Shown here piece by piece: positions 13,791-25,052 of a DNA stretch of 64,000 nt. How positions within the stretch are numbered: the first letter of the stretch is position 1; the number at the start of each line of letters is the position of its first letter. Source of the stretch: Eledone cirrhosa (taxonomy: Eukaryota); NCBI GenBank assembly GCA_964016885.1, contig OZ024744.1, forward strand, positions 66,154,001 to 66,218,000, in the 5' to 3' direction. Below the pieces are notes generated by a model. That model was not told where the DNA came from and made no database searches. It worked only from the letters and a program-made list of their open reading frames with translations. The translations under genes and the position numbers were made by a program.

Positions 13791-13961
13791 ATTGTAACTT
13801 GACATATGGTTCTTATGTAAAATTATACTGAAAAATTTTAATTTAAATAGGAATCCTTTAAAGTGGGTAGTTTTGTTTTGTAGAGCTAATGTCAGTTTTC
13901 GATGGGTTGTAAGTATTTTAATAGCGCTCCTCATGTATTTACATCGCATCACAAAAATACC

Positions 13962-14523
13962 TAGCCTACACTGTAAAGTGGTAATGTAGGTGTCACGACA
14001 AAAAGCACCCAGTCTACACTGTAAAGTGGTCGTGTAAGTGTCACTACAAAAAGCATCCAGCTCACACTGTAAAGTGGTCGTGTAAGTGTCACTACAAAAA
14101 GCATCCAGCTCACACTGTAAAGTGGCCGTGTAGGTGTCACAACAAAAAGCACCCAGCCGACACTGTAAAGTGGTCGTGTAGGTGTCATGACAAAATCACC
14201 CAGCTCACACTGTAAAGTGGTCGTGTAGGTGTCACGACAAAAAGCACCCAGCTCACACTGTAAAGTGGCCATGTAGGTGTCACTACAAAAAGCACCCAGC
14301 CCTCACTGTAAAGTGGTCATGTAGGTGCCATGACAAAAAACACCCAGCCCACACTGTAAAGTGGTTGGCATTAGGAAGGGCATCCAGCCATAGAAACCTA
14401 GCCAGAAACAGTCCTATATGAGCAAGACATGGTCACCTAACTTGCCTCTAATGGGACAACCAGTCTAAGCCATGCTAGTATGGAAAATGGATGTTAAATG
14501 ATGATGATGATGATGATGATGAC
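13962..14523 (+). mobile_element. RTE-tailed SINE segment with 48-bp tandem array (~8.5 copies)
   Basis: Unit aaaagcacccagcYcacactgtaaagtggtcgtgtaggtgtcacNac, period 48 (14003->14051); then ggcattaggaagggcatccag and (tga)n tail. Confidence 0.9.
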
Positions 14524-14933
14524 ATACAAATGCAGTAATCTATCATCTATAGATCATCCACATTCAATACCCTCATGTCTCACTACCACATATCATCCAT
14601 GTTTCTTCTGTCAGATGGATCTTCATACATAATTTGACTCTCACAATTCTCTGATGTCTTGTATTCCATTACTGGTATCAATATCACCTACCAATAAATG
14701 TAATTACACACTCTCTAGCTCTACACCTCAACACAGAAGTGAACCTAAACATCGAGTGGTCACCCGGGTGAACCTGCAGTAACTCCAAGTTACACTCCCT
14801 AGATATATATATATATATGTAGATCCCGAGTAAAATCAGGAGTAACCATGATAAATGATGATTTCATATGAATGAAACAGTTCAAGTCCCATAAAAGCCA
14901 TTTCTATATTAAATTTTCGTTTTATATATACAG

Positions 14934-15004
<71 letters not shown>

Positions 15005-15330
15005 ATTTGTTTGCAAGGTATATTATAACAATATGACCCTCCCCAAATATAACATTACAATACCATGGGAGGAAACATAATAGTACCACTGAGGATGTCA
15101 CAGGTGTGTGATGAAGGAACTTTCATAGATTATATGTATATATATTTATATTTTTAACTGTTGGTCAATCAATGATAAACATTGATTGCCAGTTAAATTA
15201 ACAATAGGGATACAAAATATACAGAAGCGAAAATCAATACAAACCAAACAGTGAGTGTGTTTTATTATATATTTCTGGCAATATTAAAACAATACGACCC
15301 TCCCCAAATATAACATTATATATATATATA
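15005..15330. mobile_element. 261-bp terminally redundant element in (TA)n
   Basis: gaccctccccaaatataacatta at 15035 and 15296; related copy 21340-21445. Confidence 0.65.
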
Positions 15331-15489
15331 TATATTCATATGCTGATCCCGAGTTGAAACAGTTCTTGTCATCCCCTTCTCTCTCACTCTTTCTCTATCT
15401 CTCACTCTATATATATATATATATATAGAAAGAGAGAGAGGAGGAGGAGAGAGAGAGAGAGGGAGAGAGAGTAGGGAGATAGAGAGGTT

Positions 15490-15580
15490 CATATAGAAAA
15501 GGCTTCTACATGACTAGAACTGTTTCATTCGTATGCAATCATCAGGAATGTGGTTACCCTTGACTCAACTCGGGATCAAC
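15490..15580 (-). ncRNA. Hammerhead-like core, family D (stem I unresolved)
   Basis: Minus strand CTGATGA ttgcatacgaat GAAAC agttcta GTC; relatives at 14850, 23856, 29788, 30415. Confidence 0.45.
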
Positions 15581-15721
15581 ATATATATGTAGAGGTTCTA
15601 TTTAAATTGTTGGGATACAACAACCAAATATTTTTATAACTGATATAAAGCACTCAACAAATTATTGGAGTAAAAATACAATATATTAACAAATGGAAAC
15701 TATATTTATAAAACCATATTT

Positions 15722-15782
15722 ATTTTATTATATATATTTCAAGGGTACCAAAAGACTTTGGTATGCTTTCTTCAGATAAAAT
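15722..15782 (-). ncRNA. Type I hammerhead ribozyme motif, family A
   Basis: attttat CTGAAGA aagcataccaaagtcttttggtaccctt GAAA tatata TA ataaaat; 7-bp stem I. Confidence 0.7.
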
Positions 15783-16186
15783 ACAAAGTTTGTTTTATAA
15801 ATAGAGACATACCCAGGAAAATCATACCTTATCGGTTGGATATTCTCTGGATAGATAGATAGATGAACCAACAAACCTATATATATGCAGAGGTTATATT
15901 TAATTTGTTGAGATTCAACAAGCTTAAACATTTTTATAACTTCTATCTTTCTCCTTTCTTTTTTCTTTTTTTCTTTTTTTCTCTCTCTCTTACTTATCAT
16001 CTTCTTCCAACAGTTTAATTTAAATAAACCGTTATCTTTTCAACCTTTCGGACACTCATTTGCATAGTCACTCCTAACTTTATATTACCCTCAATAAATG
16101 TACTATCTCTACTATCCAGGAAGCTACAACCGTTAAGGTTGTCTTTTTTCCAGATATGTCAATATTTATTTATAAAACAAATCTAT

Positions 16187-16250
16187 ATTTTATCTGATGA
16201 AAGCACACCATAATTTGCCTTGGTTGCCCTTGAAATATGTATAATAAAAT
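16187..16250 (+). ncRNA. Type I hammerhead ribozyme motif, family A
   Basis: attttat CTGATGA aagcacacca..tggttgccctt GAAA tatgta TA ataaaat. Confidence 0.7.
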
Positions 16251-16450
16251 AAATATGGTTTTATAAATATAGTTTCCATTTATTAATATATTGTATATAT
16301 ATATATATTTATTAAAATAACAGATTAGAGTTTAAGCAAAGAATCGCTGCTTTCACACTTAATGGGATATTCTGAAACTATATATATGTCCGAAGGCTCT
16401 GATACCATCAACACCATAAGCACAGAGCTGGCATATCTAAGAACTGACTA

Positions 16451-16506
16451 ACTGCCTGATGAGGTCACAGCCATTCAATGGCTATCATCGAAATATATAT
16501 AGCAGT
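16451..16506 (+). ncRNA. Type I hammerhead ribozyme motif, family B
   Basis: actgc CTGATGA ggtcac-agccat tca atggct-atcatc GAAA tatata TA gcagt, then aataaa; stem I actgc/gcagt. Confidence 0.8.
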
Positions 16507-16754
16507 AAATAAAGGATTATGATTTCATGCAATTGACTTGTTTCGTCACTATATATATGATTATTTTCGAAATATATATATATATAAAGAATTAGTATAT
16601 CTACCAACATATATATACAGATGCATACCTATGCTAGCAAATATATAGGTTTTGTCTTAGTAACTTTGTGGTTCAATGCAAGGGATGCAGAACAATTATA
16701 TGAAAGACGTAAAATAAGAAAATTATAAAAATTAACTTACTTACTAAAATTTCA

Positions 16755-16838
16755 CTCCAACTAATTAGTTTCTGAAAGGGAATAAACATGGTTTCCGATT
16801 GGAACAACATGGAGAAAAATCCTTTCGTCATCAGGGAG
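16755..16838 (-). ncRNA. Type I hammerhead ribozyme motif, family C
   Basis: ctcc CTGATGA cgaaagg..long stem II..cctttca GAAAC taatta GTT ggag. Confidence 0.75.
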
Positions 16839-17627
16839 GTCTATTCTCAGCTAAGTTCCCAGGCAATGCGTGGACACAGGGAACTTATACAAAAATAATT
16901 CAGTGGATGGAAAAAAGCAAGCGAGGACTAAATTCCAGGACATTGAAAAAATCACTGCCTACTTGGTCGGTGGCAAATTCAAAAGAATCAATCACGTGAC
17001 ATCGAGGTTAATCAGTGAGGAGCGGGGTGCTAATAAGACAGTTGCCTGACTATTACCATAGTAGTAGTTTTGGCAAATTTTTGCTCAACAAAATAATTTG
17101 GAGATAATTATAAAGAATTAGTATATCTACCAACATATATATACAGATGCATACCTATGCTAGCAAATATATAGGTTTTGTTTTAGTAACTTTGTGGTTC
17201 AATGCAAGGGGATTTTATTTTACGTCTTTCATATAATTGTTCTGCATCCCCTTGCATTGAACCACAAAATTACTAAGACAAAACCTATATATTTGCTAGC
17301 ATAGGTATGCATCTGTATATATATGTTGGTAGATATACTAATTCTTTATAATTATCTCCAAATTATTTTGTTGAGCAAAAATTTGCCAAAACTACTACTA
17401 TGGTTCATAGTAATAGTCAGGCAACTGTCTCATTAGCACCCCACTCCTCACTGATTAACCTCGATGTCACGTGATTGATTCTTTTGAATTTGCCACCGAC
17501 CAAGTAGGCAGTGATTTTTTCAATGTCCTGGAATTTAGTTCTTGCTTGCTTTTTTCCATCCACTGAATTATTTTTGTATAAGTTCCCTGTGTCCACGCAT
17601 TGCCTGGGAACTTAACTGAGAATAGAC

Positions 17628-17711
17628 CTCCCTGATGACGAAAGGATTTTTCTCCATGTTGTTCTGATCGGAAACCATGTTTATTCCCTTTCAGAAACTA
17701 ATTAGTTGGAG
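17628..17711 (+). ncRNA. Type I hammerhead ribozyme motif, family C
   Basis: Same as 16755-16838; palindromic stem III AACTAATTAGTT; stem I ctcc/ggag. Confidence 0.75.
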
Positions 17712-17760
17712 TGAAATTTTAGTAAGTAAGTTAATTTTTATAATTTTCTTATTTTACGTC

Positions 17761-17805
<45 letters not shown>

Positions 17806-17809
<4 letters not shown>

Positions 17810-18002
17810 ATGTGGGAAAATAATTCAAACTCAATTTTTAAAAAATCAAGACAGATTTATCAGCATATTTTGTGAAATCCAGGGAGAAACCAATAGAGTC
17901 TTAACTCTGAATAAAATAAAGTAAAATAAAGTTTAAATACTCATCCTTCAATTTGGAAAAACTACAAATGCTCTATATAGTCTTAAAAAGACTATATAGA
18001 GC

Positions 18003-18054
<52 letters not shown>

Positions 18055-18241
18055 GCTCTATATAGTCTTTTTAAGACTATATAGAGCATTTGTAGTTTTT
18101 CCAAATTGAAGGATGAGTATTTAAACTTTATTTTATTCAGAGTTAAGACTCTATTGGTTTCTCCCTGGATTTCACAAAATATGCTGATAAATCTGTCTTG
18201 ATTTTTTTAAAATTGAGTTTGAATTATTTTCCCACATCTTA
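17806..18241. repeat. ~200-bp-arm inverted repeat centred on (TA)n with nested hairpins
   Basis: Arms 17806-18005 and 18051-18241; each contains hairpin aatgctctatatagtctt-NN-aagactatatagagcatt. Confidence 0.9.
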
Positions 18242-18330
18242 CGTTAATTATTTTTCCATTTTGACGTTAAAGTGACTTATATATTATGAAATACTGTTGG
18301 CTTCATGCTCACAATAATTTTTATACTTTC

Positions 18331-18365
<35 letters not shown>

Positions 18366-18368
<3 letters not shown>

Positions 18369-18692
18369 CACATGGCTTAGTGGTTAGCCTTGCAATCGAA
18401 AGGTTGTGAGTTCAATTCTCAGATCGGGTGATGTGTTGTTTCCTTGAGCAAGACACTTTATTTCACATTGCTCCAATTTACTCAGCTGTAGAAATGAGAT
18501 GATAGGGACTGGGGTCCATATAATTCCACTGCAAAGTGGTCGTGGAGGTGCCACATCAAAAAAGCACCCAGCACTCACTGTAAATGAGGTTGGTGTTAGG
18601 AAGGGCATCCAGCTGTAGAAATCAAGCCAGAATCAGTTCCCGACGCACCCTTGCAAGCAGGGAAAAAGCGGACGTAAAATGAAGTGATGATG
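18366..18692 (+). mobile_element. CORE-type SINE with RTE 3' tail (young family)
   Basis: ggcacatggcttagtggttag head, ttgagcaagacactttatttcac core, gcaagcagggaaaaagcggacgtaaaatga tail shared with RTE LINE. Confidence 0.9.
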
Positions 18693-19019
18693 ATACTCCT
18701 TTTACATCTATGTCCAACATATACTAAACTCATATACAGTATATCTATACTTCGAGCACCCACAGACCATCTTCTACATTCAATGATGCCCCATGTCTCA
18801 CTACCATGTAGCATCCATCACACCTCTTTCTAAAGATACATTATATACTCTGCTTTATGCAGAGAGCAACAAGTCTTTTTATTTACCCCCCCCCCCCCCC
18901 CACTCTCTTTCATTCCACACCTAACTCTACTATCGCTACAATCACCCAATAAAGAATTATTTGTATACTAGAAGAAATAGCGACAAAAACTACTGCAACA
19001 TTAAGAAGAAGAACAACTG

Positions 19020-19049
19020 CTGCTGCTGCTGTTGCTGTTACTACTACTT

Positions 19050-19092
<43 letters not shown>

Positions 19093-19595
19093 CAAAAATA
19101 ACAAGAACAACTACGAAAGACAACATCAATTACTACTACTATTACCACCTCCACCGCCAACAACAACAACAACAACAACAATAAAAATGACAACAGCAAC
19201 AACAACTGCAATTACAACAAGAACATCTACAAGTGCAATAAAAACAACAACTACTACTACTACTACAACTACAAGGACAACTACAAAAAGGTACAATGAA
19301 AACAACTGCAACAACAACAACAACAACAACAATAGAAATGACAACAAGAATGAAAAATGCAACAAATACAACAACAACAACAACAAAAATGACACATACA
19401 AAAACAATGACAAATGTAATGACAACAACAACAACAACAACAACAACAAATGCAACAGCATAAATACAACAACAACAACAACAAAAACAACAACAACTAC
19501 TACTACAAAAAGTACAACAAAAACAATGACAACTGCAACAGCAACAACAAATATAACAGTAGCAGCAACAACAACAAGCCCAACAACAACAACCC
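19020..19595. repeat. (GCT)/(ACT)/(AAC)n degenerate trinucleotide repeat
   Basis: Directly visible. Confidence 0.9.
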
Positions 19596-19737
19596 CAACA
19601 CTCTCCTTTCTGATAATCATTCAATCAACTAAAAGTTAATGCATGTTTACTTAAGAAAACAAAATCCTGTTAAAAGCTAAGCACAGGAAGTTTGTACCCT
19701 GTGGATTTTTCTACGGCAAGATTTAAAATGTAAGAAT

Positions 19738-20401
<664 letters not shown>

Positions 20402-20759
20402 AACGTGAGCGATGCTTTGCTTCAAGTCTTGTTGAACCCCCCCCCCCCCCCGAAAAAAAGAACAAACAAACAAAACACCCTCCCCATCCAAGAAAAAAAA
20501 AAACCTAACCCAACCAAAAAGCCAAAAAGCCCCAAAATAAAAAAAATAAAACAGGATGTTCTGCTGAGATGAAAGGTTGTGTGGGTTTAATTTCAAATAG
20601 TAAATAAATCAATAGATCAATATTTGAAGAAGTTCATTTAGAATAAAATACACTGGTAACATTTATTTCATTGGAAGAAGTAGAAAAAAAATAATAATAG
20701 ATAAAAAAAAAAAAAAAAGTTCTTAAGAATAGTATAAAGTATTGTGTGATAAATATATA

Positions 20760-20885
20760 AATAATTGTTTCTACTTTTGGCACAAGGCCAGCAATTATCC
20801 CAGTGTATTACTGGTACTTTATTTTATCGACCCTGTAAGGATGAAAGGCAAAGTTATCCTCGGCGGGATTTGAACTCAGATCTTA
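20760..20885 (-). mobile_element. Meta-domain-like SINE 3' part
   Basis: Family motifs as 10612-12510. Confidence 0.85.
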
Positions 20886-21616
20886 GAAATGTCACTCAAT
20901 TTTACATGTGCTTCCATTCTGGATAATTGTTCTCCACATGGATGGTAGTAATGGCGGTGATGTTGTTGTTGGTGCTGGTGTTGTTGTTCGTGGTGGTGGT
21001 GGTGGGGGGGGGGCTCACGGTCATTACAGTTAAGTGTTGTAGGATTAAAACAAATATTTTAAATAGAAGCAACAAAAGAAAAGGAACATAAGTGAAAAGT
21101 GTGTGTGTGTGTACATATATATATATATATATAAAAGGTAAACAGAAATAACAACACAATCGGTACACAGTATATGGAAGGTATACATTTTTATTTTTAT
21201 TTATTTATTTATTTCTTCTTGTCTCTGTCTCTGCACATGCATTTGCGTGTGTGGGTTCGCGTTTGAGTGTATGTGTTTTTGTATTCTATCTTTGTTCACT
21301 AGTGTCAGTTTATATGTGTTTGTTGTTATTGTAGCACTGATGGAGATATAAAAGATACAGAAGCGAAAACCAACCAAACAGTGAGTGTGTTCTGTTATTA
21401 TTTCTGGCAATATTATAACAATATGACCCTCCCCAAATATAACAATATATATATATATCAATTTGAAAAAGTGCCCAGGATGGCTAAGATCATACAATGA
21501 ATAAAAATGGTGGGCAAAGACAATAGGAAAATGGATGAAATACAGTACAGTCCCTTCTTCTCAGTCGACCACTGGAGGACTTTGTGGTATCAATGCTTTT
21601 ATATAAATATATATAT

Positions 21617-21785
21617 GTAGGTTGGTGTAAATGGTAGCATACTTGTCTAGTAAACAAGAGGTGTGGGTTCAGGCCACAAGTGTTTTGATAGCCATTTGCT
21701 TTCCATTCAAGGGATTTATATGCCCTGTTATTAGACTATTTGACTATTTTCTGTAAATAAAAAAAAAGCTTCAAATTCAATTCAC
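21617..21785 (+). pseudogene. tRNA-Thr(AGT)-derived pseudogene or SINE head
   Basis: A-box tggtgtaaatgg, anticodon arm cttgt-ctAGTaa-acaag (21642-21658), degenerate B-box ggttcaggcc; acceptor stem does not pair; A-rich tail. Confidence 0.6.
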
Positions 21786-22242
21786 ATATATATATGTACT
21801 GTGTAGTTTGCTTTGTTATTTCTGTTTACTTTTAACATACATACACATATGATGGCTGCCTCCTTGTTATCGAGTATGGCCATTGCACGATATTATATTA
21901 TTAATAATTATCAATTAATTCTATTGTACAATGCCTGTGTGTGAAGATTTTTTTTAAAGTGAGGAAAGACTGTGCACTGAGCCAATCCCACTCTCTGAGC
22001 GACAGTAGCTATAACCCAAACAGAAGAAAAAATCAACATCATCAGTAACTACTGAGCCGCAGGTTTTATGTTGGAGTTATCCCAGTTTCCTGAGTTGCCT
22101 TCTCCTAGAAGAATGCCCTGATAAAGGTTAGGGGCCCTTCACTCCCAGTGGTTTAACCGTGTGATTGGGTATCCAGCCCGATTATTTCTATGTCCCCCAC
22201 GAATATATATACATATGTATAGATGTATATATATATATACTT

Positions 22243-22585
22243 CATCATCATCATCATCATTTCATTTTATGTCCACTTTTCCCTGCTTGCAAGGGTGGGA
22301 CGGGAACAGATTCTGGCTTGATTTCTACAGCTGGATGCTCTTCCTAACACCAACCTCATTTACAGTGAGTGCTGGGTGCTTTTTTGCCGTGGCACCTCCA
22401 TGACCACTTTGCAGTGGAACGATAGGGACCCCAGTCCCTATCATCTCATTTCTACAGCTGAGTAAACTGGAGCAATGTGAAATAAAGTGCCTTGCTCAAG
22501 GAAACACACATCACCCGGTCTGAGAATTGAACTCACAACCTTTCGATTGCAAGGCCAATGCTCTAACCACTAAGCCATGTGCCTC
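22243..22585 (-). mobile_element. CORE-type SINE with RTE tail, full length
   Basis: Reverse complement of the 18366-18692 family. Confidence 0.9.
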
Positions 22586-23199
22586 TGCTTATATATATAT
22601 ATATATACATATGTATATGTATATATATATACATATTTACAGATTTTTGGATGGCCGTTGACTCTTATGAGTTCTTCCACCCTTTGTCAGGTTTTGTTTT
22701 TTGCCCTGCAGGGTGTTGTCCAAAATCACCCTCCTCAACAAATAAACTTGGTGGGGTTGCTGGTTTAGTCGCCGAAGACCTGACCATGTGACAGGTTGTA
22801 CTGGGTTACATGTTACATACATACACACATAGATATATATCAGATCCCTGGCTTGCTTGGGAGATCAGTGGCTCCGCTTCAGTATGGACTTGGTCTATAT
22901 AAACACATCCAACCCTTCTTAGCAGGGAAGATGGATGTTAAAGCGACAATGACGATGATGATGATATCTAACCAAAAGTAATTTACATAGAGAATTCCTG
23001 CTCGTCAGCTGTCTACTAGGTATCTTTGTAGTTTCAGGTTCTTTGAAAGATATTATTACACTTCCCAAGGCACCACAAGTCTCTAATGAAAGAGAGTTAT
23101 TCAGGATAAAAATATAGCAGGATAAGACAATTACAATACAGAGTGGGTCTTTTCAACCCACTCAACATGGAAACATTAGACATATTATGTATATGCCCT

Positions 23200-23500
23200 C
23201 GAAAATGACTTGGGTTAATGTGCTGGGCTCACAATCATGGTCCTGAGTTTGATTCACAGACTGAACTAGACATTGTGTTCTTGAGCAAGACAATTTATTT
23301 CACATAACTCCAGTGCACTCAGGTGACAAAGTGAATTGTAATGGTAATCCAAGAAGCTGATCTTTTCATACTGAATCTCCCTGAGAACTACATTAATGGC
23401 ACATGTATCTGTGGAATGCTTAGCCACTTACATGATGAGTTCAAGAGCAAGCTGATCCATTGATTGAATCAACTGGAGCAGATGCCGTTGGAAATGATGG
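23200..23500 (+). mobile_element. Old CORE-type SINE
   Basis: ttgtgttcttgagcaagacaatttatttcac core preceded by B-box-like gagtttgattc. Confidence 0.6.
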
Positions 23501-23707
23501 CAGTTCAACAACAATAACAATGCACAAGAACACAGAACCATGGCCTCCAAGAGAAATTATGCAAGGCGGTACAAGACCCCTTTGGGGCTCGAAGCAGGCA
23601 AAGATTTTTCCCAAAATGGATGTTGCATGGTTGTTGTGGTGCCTTCTTAGCTCTTGAACCCTGGAACAAAGTACTGGCTGGACCCTGCATATATACATAT
23701 ATACATA

Positions 23708-23785
23708 CAGGGTGTCCCCAAAATGTATACACACTTGAACAGAATTCTAATCAAAGTATATATACATTTTTGGGGGGACACCTTG
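23708..23785. mobile_element. Tc1/mariner-type mini-MITE (78 bp)
   Basis: TA|cagggtgtccccaaaatgtata ... tatacatttttggggggacaccttg TIRs. Confidence 0.75.
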
Positions 23786-23807
23786 TGTGTATATATATAT
23801 ATATATA

Positions 23808-23985
23808 TTTAATAGAAAAAAAATGGCTTCTACAGGACTGTTTCATTCGGGCTTCCTGATGATTTCTCCCGAATGAAACAGTTCTAGTCCGGTAGAAGCC
23901 ATTTCTATATTAAATATTTATACTCTGCTATGTATTGAGTACCTTACTTACTGTGGTTACCCCCAATTGAACCCGGGATAAACTT
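23808..23985 (+). mobile_element. Fold-back element, family D, with hammerhead-like core in the loop
   Basis: aaatggcttctac..tgtttcattcggg / cccgaatgaaaca..gtagaagccattt arms around CTGATGA (23856); flanked by (TA)n. Confidence 0.65.
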
Positions 23986-24234
23986 ATATATATATATAGG
24001 CCCTGCACAGAACACAAAGAGCCAGAACAAATCCTTCAAATGATCAATTTCACTAATTTATCAACTCCCAAACAGATGAAAATTCAAATTCAACCTTGAT
24101 GGGATTTGAACTCATAACCTAAATACCAGGAGGTATTTTTTTTTTCAATGTTGACAGCCTTAGAAGAACATCCTATACTGTGTTATTACCTAAGAGTTTT
24201 TGCGAGTGTGTTTGTGTGTGAGTGTGTGTGTGAG

Positions 24235-24278
<44 letters not shown>

Positions 24279-24549
24279 TGTGTGTATCAGTGAGAGAAGG
24301 AAATCGTATGTTAGTGAGAGAGTGGGAGAAAGAGTATATTAGTGAGAGAAACAAAAACGTAAGATTGATTTGAGTGTGTGGTGTGAGTGTGAGTGTAGAT
24401 TATATATACTTTTAGACCTAGGGAGCTGACATTTTTTGAAAAGTTATCAATATTTTCTAAATTACAATTATGCCTTTTTCCTGTGTCATACTGAGAAAAA
24501 AACAACAAAAAAAAACAAAACAATAACAACAACAATAAAATAATGATAA

Positions 24550-24665
24550 TAATAATTGTTTCTACTCTTGGCACAAGGCCAGAAATAACCCCAGTGCATT
24601 ACTGGTACTTTATTTTATTGACCCTGTAAGGATGAAAGGTAAAGTTAACCTCGGCGGGATTTAAA
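24550..24665 (-). mobile_element. Meta-domain-like SINE 3' part
   Basis: Family motifs. Confidence 0.8.
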
Positions 24666-24991
24666 TAATAATAATCTGCTGTTCAATATTTAACAGCCGC
24701 AACAAGATTGAGACAGCCTAAAGACATTTCTTAGAGTAATTCAAGCAAAAAATAAATAAAAAGAATAAACAGAAAAATAATAATATATATATATATATAT
24801 ATATATAAGGAGGGTGAGAGAGTGAGAGAGAGCGAGAGAGAGGAGTAAAAAAAAAACAGTTGAAATACAACATTGTTTACATCTCATTTGAAAAATCATA
24901 TCAGAGGGATTTTACTTCCTCAACGCAAGGAATTTAGTAAACGGCTACTCATTTGATGTTAGATACAATATCCAATGCCTTTCAAGTACCA

Positions 24992-25022
<31 letters not shown>

Positions 25023-25052
25023 GTGTGTATATATAAATATATATGTATATAT

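Larger units (their letters stand above)
16586..17765. mobile_element. Inverted pair of ~530-bp terminally redundant hammerhead-containing units (retrozyme/Penelope pLTR-like)
   Basis: Left arm period 526 (16586->17112), right arm period 534 (17221->17755); arms are reverse complements diverging from ~17213; (TA)n on both flanks. Confidence 0.85.

Noticed and set aside
13962-14365. Regularly spaced repeats resembling a CRISPR array
   Set aside because: Contiguous 48-bp tandem units with no unique spacers, no cas genes, eukaryotic SINE context
18366-18430. SINE heads as functional tRNA genes
   Set aside because: Cloverleaf incomplete and continuous with SINE core and tail
19126-19639. Thr/Asn- or Cys-rich ORFs
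   Set aside because: (AAC)n low-complexity repeat open in several frames; no splice signals or domain
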